From NCBI GenBank assembly GCA_029567195.1, contig JAKQLJ010000020.1, positions 3,971 to 67,970 of the forward strand: DNA of 64,000 nucleotides. Reading direction: 5' to 3'. Position 1 is the first letter of the stretch. Each line of letters begins with the position of its first letter. The position numbers were made by a program, and so were the translations under genes. Below are positions 58,995 to 64,000 of the stretch, in pieces. The notes under the pieces were generated by a model. It searched no databases. It was given only the letters and a program-made list of their open reading frames with translations, and was not told the origin of the DNA. This stretch comes from a bacterium (lineage in GTDB: Bacteria > Patescibacteriota > Minisyncoccia > Moranbacterales > UBA2206).

Positions 58995-59178
58995 ATCAGA
59001 TAACACGGCACATGCGGTTCATCCCGCCCTTTCATTTTTATATCAAGGTATGGCGGGACTCTCCCAAATTGCGCTGACGATATGGCTAGCTTAGTGATAT
59101 AATCAAGTAAAGCGAAATTAACAAATTTAATCAATAATCCACGGCGCAACTTCGCATGTGCCGAAACGTTGAGCGAAA
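58995..59178 (+). other. attC-like imperfect palindrome 2 (agatAAC-a-cggcacatgcg...cgcatgtgccg-aaac-GTTgagcgaaat)
   Basis: 11-bp stem, internal 7-bp hairpin (tcccgcc...ggcggga). GTTGAGC fits GTTRRRY. Confidence 0.5.
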
Positions 59179-59232
59179 TAATAATAAATTTTCCTTTTAA
59201 CTAAGACAGTTCAATTCCGGTCATTTTCTTAT

Positions 59233-59712
59233 ATGCAGAAAAAAATCAAATATTTAAAATCTTTACCAAGCAAAACCGTGGCAGTAGGTGTTTTATTGTT
59301 TGATAGAAATAATCAACTTCTAGTCTTGAAGCCTGGGTACAAGGATTGCTGGACAATCCCAGGCGGTATTGTAGAAAAACTTGAATCGCCGAATATAGCT
59401 GCAATACGAGAAGCAAAAGAAGAAGTTGGCTTAGCTATTAAGCTTGTTCAATGTATTGGCGTTGATTATTTGTCATACCAACTCGCAGATTATAAAGGTG
59501 AAAGTTTGCATATTATTTTCATTGGCAATCGCTTATCAAGCAAAGATGTTAATAATATTCATATTGATGGTAAGGAAATTATTGAATACAAATTTGTTGA
59601 TTTTAAAGATGCGGTAAAAATGATTGACCCGCTTCTTTCTAGAAGGCTAAGGGGATTGCATAAAAAGCTCAACAAATTTGTGTTTATGGAAAACGGGATA
59701 AGGAAAGCGTAA
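59233..59712 (+). CDS. Nudix hydrolase (cassette 3)
   Basis: Nudix box GGIVEKLESPNIAAIREAKEEVGL. Confidence 0.7.
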   Translation: MQKKIKYLKSLPSKTVAVGVLLFDRNNQLLVLKPGYKDCWTIPGGIVEKLESPNIAAIREAKEEVGLAIKLVQCIGVDYLSYQLADYKGESLHIIFIGNRLSSKDVNNIHIDGKEIIEYKFVDFKDAVKMIDPLLSRRLRGLHKKLNKFVFMENGIRKA

Positions 59713-59767
59713 AAGAAAATGACCCGAATTGAATTACAAATAAGGAATGAAAAATTTATTATTACAT

Positions 59768-59903
59768 CGCCCAACATCGAGTATGGGGTAAAAATATTTA
59801 CCTTTTAGTAATTTAATAGATGAACGTAAAATATTTTTGACCCAAATTCTGTTTCGTTTCACTTCAACAGAACTTCCCATACTCGAAAACGTTAAACGAA
59901 ATT
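59768..59903 (+). other. attC-like imperfect palindrome 3 (gcccAAC-a-tcgagtatggg...cccatactcga-aaac-GTTaaacgaaat)
   Basis: 11-bp stem whose sequence differs from site 2 but keeps identical spacer geometry (1 nt / 4 nt). GTTAAAC fits GTTRRRY. Confidence 0.5.
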
Positions 59904-59912
59904 TTGAAAAAT

Positions 59913-60287
59913 ATGGATTTATCGCAATTAAAAAACGGCAAATATTTTAGAGGGCACTACACTGACCGTGGTGAATATAGAGGGTGGTTTTGTGGATCGT
60001 TTTTAAAAGAAAATCACCCCGGAAAAACGGAACAATTGGAAATAAAATACGCTGAACATAAAAAGGGAGACATCGAAAAGCCGCACTATCATCAAAAAAT
60101 GATTGAAGTATTAATTTTTTTGGAGGGGAAGGCTAAATTTAACGTAAATGGAGAAAATGTTATGCTCGGCAAGGGTGATTTTCTTTTTGTGGATGTGAAC
60201 AATATCATTTCCGGAGAGTTCCTTGAACCCTCTAAAATATTTGCTTTGCATACCCCAAGCCTTCCTGATGATGAAGTATTTGTGTAG
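59913..60287 (+). CDS. Cupin-domain protein (cassette 4)
   Basis: HYHQKMIEVLIFLEGKAKFNVNGENVMLGKGDFLFV is a cupin motif pair. ATG at 59913 is preferred over the TTG at 59904. Confidence 0.6.
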   Translation: MDLSQLKNGKYFRGHYTDRGEYRGWFCGSFLKENHPGKTEQLEIKYAEHKKGDIEKPHYHQKMIEVLIFLEGKAKFNVNGENVMLGKGDFLFVDVNNIISGEFLEPSKIFALHTPSLPDDEVFV

Positions 60288-60304
60288 TAATATTTTTCAA
60301 AACA

Positions 60305-60460
60305 TCGCCTAACACAACATATCCGGCTCATCCCACCTTTCATTTTTATTATTCAAAGTATGGCGGAATTCACCCAAATTGCCGATTTTCTTTTCATTCT
60401 ATATACTTAAATCAAGGTAAAAATCGGCAACTTCGCATGTGCCGAAACGTTATGCGAATT
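60305..60460 (+). other. attC-like imperfect palindrome 4 (gccTAAC...caacttcgcatgtgccg-aaac-GTTatgcgaatt)
   Basis: The right arm is nearly identical to site 2. The left arm is degenerate (acaacatatccgg). It has a GCCTAAC R''-like box. Confidence 0.45.
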
Positions 60461-60510
60461 TTCTTTTAAATTATTTTTTGCTCTTTGGAAACCACAAGAA
60501 GGAGGATGCC

Positions 60511-60732
60511 ATGAAATTCAGTACTATTGCAAGGGTTGTTGTTATTGGCGTATCTTGCATCATAGTTGGATACGTCATGCTAAAGGTGTTCGAGGCTAAT
60601 TGTCGCGAGGGGCTAACTAAGACGAATCATGAGCTTGCTCACTTGGAAAGCATGACTCCGGAAAAATACTACCAGGAGGTGAGGGAGAAGCTTATTCTTC
60701 AAAGAGATAACTACGAGCAAGCACTTAAGTAA
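60511..60732 (+). CDS. Small membrane protein, 73 aa (cassette 5)
   Basis: Strong RBS aggagg 6 nt upstream of the ATG at 60511. One TM helix (VVVIGVSCIIVGYVML). The track ORF start at 60439 lies inside the attC-like site and is unlikely to be real. Confidence 0.45.
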   Translation: MKFSTIARVVVIGVSCIIVGYVMLKVFEANCREGLTKTNHELAHLESMTPEKYYQEVREKLILQRDNYEQALK

Positions 60733-60879
60733 ACAAGGGGTGGCTTTCCCAAGGAGGCCACCCATTCATTCTTAGCAAAAAATTTTTCAAAATGAAACTC
60801 AAGGGACATTGCGCTTTTGCCCCACTCAAATTTTGTGCCCTTTTCTTTCTTTTATATTATAATAAGGAAGAAAGACAAA

Positions 60880-60915
60880 AACTTCGGATGATGCGTAAAC
60901 GTTATCGGAAATACT
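60880..60915 (+). other. Cassette junction with right-arm-only attC remnant (aacttcggatgatgcgtaaac-GTTATCGGAAATA)
   Basis: The 13-mer after GTT is identical to the attI-like site 57867-57879. No matching left arm was found. A ggggtggc...gccaccc hairpin upstream at 60737-60763 may be a terminator. Confidence 0.35.
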
Positions 60916-60936
60916 TAATTTTTTAATTTCAAAATT

Positions 60937-61194
60937 ATGGATAATAAAAAATTAGCAGAATATATTATGGCTATTTCTAATTTTAAGTGTATACGTGCTG
61001 AGGATAGAATTACATTGAATTCATATTTGGCTGATTCTGCAAAGATACTTGCAAAAATAGAGCTTAATCTTCCTCTCGAAAACGATATTGATAATCATGA
61101 AAAGTTGTGGGGGCATACTTGGCTGATTGATGGAAATAGCCATGAAGTTTTATATAAAAAGTGGTCTGATTTCAAAGAATCTTTAAAAAATTAA
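60937..61194 (+). CDS. Hypothetical protein, 85 aa (cassette 6)
   Basis: ORF directly after the junction site. No motifs recognized. Confidence 0.4.
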   Translation: MDNKKLAEYIMAISNFKCIRAEDRITLNSYLADSAKILAKIELNLPLENDIDNHEKLWGHTWLIDGNSHEVLYKKWSDFKESLKN

Positions 61195-61295
61195 GCGCAT
61201 TCTATAATACCCAATATTTAGTTCCACAAAAGAGAAAAATCCGCATAATTTTTTCATTTTGAATTGAGCTTTTTTTATGATTTTTTACCAAAATA

Positions 61296-61318
61296 AAACC
61301 CCGGGCATTGCTCGGGGC
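61296..61318 (-). terminator. Rho-independent terminator (minus strand): ccccgagcaatgcccgggg + TTTTATTTTGG
   Basis: A 5-bp GC stem followed by a T-run on the minus strand, immediately 3' of ORF 61336-61557. Confidence 0.5.
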
Positions 61319-61335
61319 GAAGAGAACCGTGGAAG

Positions 61336-61557
61336 TTACGAACGGTTATGGTCAATGATTTGCCGAAGCGCTTCCGGCACATTATATTGCGGAAACTCAT
61401 CTGATAATTCACGAACTATCTCTGACGAAAGTTTGGTCGTACGTGCGTATCTATGCGTATACTCACTCCTAATCTTGATTTCTATCAGTATCGGAGCGGA
61501 CGTACGTCCTTCCTGTTTCTGCTGCTCTGCAAGAGCATTAAATTGATCAAAATACAT
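61336..61557 (-). CDS. Hypothetical small protein, 73 aa, in locally GC-rich (~50%) segment
   Basis: RBS aaggagg 7 nt upstream. Its composition is clearly distinct from the flanks. Confidence 0.45.
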   Translation of the reverse strand: MYFDQFNALAEQQKQEGRTSAPILIEIKIRSEYTHRYARTTKLSSEIVRELSDEFPQYNVPEALRQIIDHNRS

Positions 61558-61773
61558 CGCTGTCCTCCTTGGCTGGATGATTTTTTACGGAACTACATCA
61601 ACGTAATAGGATAGCATAAAATAACATTCCTGTCAAATGCCGTTGGCAAAAAATTATAAAAAAGCTCTTAAATTAAGGAAATTATACGGATTTTTCTTTT
61701 TCACTCCACTCAAATTTTCTATTAATCGCTAATCCTTCTTTCTAAAGCCCGAAACGGGAAAATAAATTTAAAA

Positions 61774-61801
61774 CCCCACATTGCAGAAATACAATGCGGG
61801 G
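61774..61801 (-). terminator. Rho-independent terminator (minus strand): ccccgcattg-tatttctg-caatgtgggg + TTTTAAATTTATTTT
   Basis: A 10-bp stem with one mismatch and a T-rich tail, 3' of ORF 61830-62114. Confidence 0.5.
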
Positions 61802-61829
61802 CTGGTTGTTGGTTGAGAGGGAAAATAGC

Positions 61830-62114
61830 TTACCCTTGAACTTCTGTGACGTTGATCGTTCCATCGTTGACATCTAGGAATCCTTTGACATAGAATTCTC
61901 TCCAATTTTCATAATTTGTGTCTAGAACATACACAGTTACAAGCATGCAATCCCTCGGGAACCCTCCTTTAATCAATTCAATCCGACAAATTTGCCCAAC
62001 AAAGTCTTTTTTATTGATTTTCAATTTGACCGGCAAGCCTTCATAAAACTGCCGTAATACAAACAGTCTTAGGCTGAGTCCCTGAACCAATACTGCATCG
62101 GAAACATTTTCCAT
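61830..62114 (-). CDS. Hypothetical protein, 94 aa
   Basis: An ORF with a downstream terminator. No motifs recognized. Confidence 0.4.
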   Translation of the reverse strand: MENVSDAVLVQGLSLRLFVLRQFYEGLPVKLKINKKDFVGQICRIELIKGGFPRDCMLVTVYVLDTNYENWREFYVKGFLDVNDGTINVTEVQG

Positions 62115-62345
62115 AATACCTCCTTAGGCTTAAGTTCAGAGCTATATTGATTTTATGATATTTTGTTAAATTATGATAGTTTTGTCAAGTTATTGTCATA
62201 AAATTTCAAAAAGGACTTGAATCAATTAAAATACTAGCAATTTCAATAAAGATATTTTATAATACACATACGAATGCAATTTGCGGGAAATTTAAGACCA
62301 GATTTTCCTTAAAATAAAACATAATAAACATTATTAAACAGCATT

Positions 62346-62954
62346 ATGAAAAAAATAATCATATCCAGCCTTCTGTTATTTAGCATTTTTCTTTTTACCG
62401 GATGCGGACAAAAGCAAACTGATAAAAACCAAATGCCAAAAGAAGCCGATCCTTTAATAAGGCAATCTCAAGAACCATCAGAAAGTCAGTGGCAAAATGG
62501 CGCAGAAAGCCAATTGTTAAATAATAGCGCTCAAAAAACCTATCAAAATCAAAAATACGGTTTTGGTTTCAATTACCCGGGAAGTTATAAAATCCAGGAA
62601 AATGATTGGGAGAAAGAACCTCAGCCGGGCGGTTCAATCTATCTTGTCCAGCTTGGCGACGAAACCATTACGGACTTTGAAGCTGAATTTGACAAAGGAA
62701 TTTTGATTTATGTAGTTAAAGTTGAAAAAGGACCAGATGGCGCAGATCCGCTTATGGCGCCAAGCGGTGCGGATCCAGTATCAAAAAAGGATATAATTAT
62801 TGGCGGACAAAAAGCCAGGAATTACAATAATGGTCAAATTTATACCGTCGCAAAAAATGGATATGGATATTGGCTAATTTTAGGCGATCAAGCAAGCCGG
62901 TCCACCAAGGATAATTTTGCAAAAATTGTTTCTTCCTTTGAGTTTATCAAATAA
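62346..62954 (+). CDS. Lipoprotein (signal peptide + lipobox LFTGC)
   Basis: MKKIIISSLLLFSIFLFTGCGQ, followed by a low-complexity Q/N-rich linker. Confidence 0.6.
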   Translation: MKKIIISSLLLFSIFLFTGCGQKQTDKNQMPKEADPLIRQSQEPSESQWQNGAESQLLNNSAQKTYQNQKYGFGFNYPGSYKIQENDWEKEPQPGGSIYLVQLGDETITDFEAEFDKGILIYVVKVEKGPDGADPLMAPSGADPVSKKDIIIGGQKARNYNNGQIYTVAKNGYGYWLILGDQASRSTKDNFAKIVSSFEFIK

Positions 62955-63016
62955 AATTGCCAAAAAAAATTAAAAAATAAAACCCGTCCTTTTTTGGCGG
63001 GTTTTTATAAAATCTG

Positions 63017-64000
63017 TTAATACATCAAAACCGCTACCGGTTCCATCTTGGCAACAACATGCGCGATGCCATTGGCTTCAACTCCTTCAATTACCTTGTC
63101 GATATTTTTGTATCGTGCCGAATCCTGGTTAATGACAATTGAAGACTTGGCGTTATAAAGCCGAACATTTTTTTCTTTCATTTTGGCAAATAATTCATCT
63201 TTCGTAAAAACAGATTTTTCTTTTTCATTTTTCCCTTTTCCGGTGCCGTGAGGGGCTGAAAAGAAGCTGTCTTCATTGCGATCGGTTCCGACGCAGATAT
63301 ATGCGTCAGTTGACATGGAAGAGGGGATGAAGACCGGTTCCCCAGTTTTTTTATAAAGCGGATGGCCGGTCATTTTGGCCGGTCCGTAGGCTCTTGAAGT
63401 ATTGCTGCGGTGGACATAAACGTCATGGCCAAAATGATTTTCTCTGGAAATGGAAATATGCGGCATGTCATAAATCAAATCCATCTCCGGGTCTTTATCC
63501 AAGACTCTTTTTATTGTTTCAGAAATATTGTGAGTGATAACAGCTCGATTGGCGGTGCCAAAATTAGACGCGGCGGCCCGGGCATTCATATAAAGTTCTC
63601 CTTCCGGAGCTTTGGCGTCATATTTCAAAAGCGATTCATCGCCAGCCATATGTTTTTCGATTTTTTCCTGCATTTTATTATAAACATCTCTTTTCCTGGT
63701 TTTGAATGTAAATTTTCCCAAACGCACCATTAATGATTGTGACAAGTGTTCCGGTTTTTTAGCGGTGTGGGTGTACATAGTATATTGGCCGAGGATTCCT
63801 GAGCCGGTATGGATCATGAAAAGGTATTGGCCCTTCCTTATTCCCATAAGATCGGCAATTTCCGGATCAATGATGTCGTTCACTTTCAAAAGATCAAGAA
63901 AGTGATTTCCGGCCGCGCCCAGGATGCCCAGGCGGAATTTCGCAAAAAACAAATAAAGTTTCGGAATAACATCAAAAATATCCTGCTTGGAAGCTTCGCT
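63017..64000 (-). CDS. rtcB: RtcB-family RNA ligase, partial (N-terminus beyond window end)
   Basis: SAPHGTGKG (HGAGR-like), VFIPSSMSTDAYICVG (IPGSMG-like), YVHRSNTSRA (VHRKGAT-like) and GNHF motifs. The reading frame stays open through position 64000. Confidence 0.55.
   Translation of the reverse strand, partial: SEASKQDIFDVIPKLYLFFAKFRLGILGAAGNHFLDLLKVNDIIDPEIADLMGIRKGQYLFMIHTGSGILGQYTMYTHTAKKPEHLSQSLMVRLGKFTFKTRKRDVYNKMQEKIEKHMAGDESLLKYDAKAPEGELYMNARAAASNFGTANRAVITHNISETIKRVLDKDPEMDLIYDMPHISISRENHFGHDVYVHRSNTSRAYGPAKMTGHPLYKKTGEPVFIPSSMSTDAYICVGTDRNEDSFFSAPHGTGKGKNEKEKSVFTKDELFAKMKEKNVRLYNAKSSIVINQDSARYKNIDKVIEGVEANGIAHVVAKMEPVAVLMY

Noticed and set aside
60439-60510. Upstream extension of cassette 5 ORF (start at 60439)
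   Set aside because: The extension lies inside the attC-like palindrome. A strong aggagg RBS precedes the internal ATG at 60511, which is the likelier start.
1-64000. Search for tRNA, rRNA, CRISPR arrays and IS/transposase genes
   Set aside because: No cloverleaf-compatible GC-rich 70-90-nt segments were noticed outside the palindromic repeats. There are no regularly spaced direct repeats and no DDE/transposase-like ORFs. The only recombinase is the Xer-like tyrosine recombinase.

Overview
The window is AT-rich (roughly one-third GC by eye) and gene-dense, with no rRNA, tRNA, CRISPR array or transposase that I can see. Its gene content and style (small genome-like compaction, many GT-C membrane proteins) resemble Patescibacteria/CPR-type genomes. 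Positions ~3.2-51.6 kb form one very large glycan biosynthesis and export island.

The island contains about seven GT4 and five GT2 glycosyltransferases, including two GtrB/ArnC-like polyprenyl-phosphate glycosyltransferases. It has two Wzx-type flippases and nine polytopic GT-C-like membrane proteins: six ArnT/PMT-like, two YfhO-like and one TPR-containing. Nucleotide-sugar genes are Ugd, Uxs, a UDP-GlcA 4-epimerase-like enzyme, two tandem CDP-paratose 2-epimerase-like SDRs, and a GDP-colitose-type set of ColD, Gmd and an Fcl/ColC-like enzyme. There are also three radical SAM enzymes, two cobalamin-binding and one SPASM.

Two features look unusual. First, a family of GC-rich palindromic elements (cores such as ttgtcattcccgcg...gggaatgacaa and gcctaccggcaggcaggc) is inserted in-frame, always in the same translation frame (S/N-C-H...). 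These insertions lie in at least three intact CDSs (a B12 radical SAM gene, a Wzx flippase and a thymidylate kinase), with further intergenic copies. This is the Rickettsia-palindromic-element style of mobile element.

Second, from 56.9 kb there is an integron-like module. A short (277 aa) Xer-like tyrosine recombinase is transcribed divergently from a co-oriented array of small cassette-like genes (Nudix, DUF218, Nudix, cupin, small proteins). Each gene is followed by an imperfect palindromic attC-like site delimited by 5'-AAC...GTT-3'. The stems differ in sequence but keep their geometry. An identical 13-mer, GTTATCGGAAATA, occurs at the attI-like position and at the last cassette junction.

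The window starts inside a minus-strand membrane-anchored protein gene and ends inside an RtcB-like RNA ligase gene.
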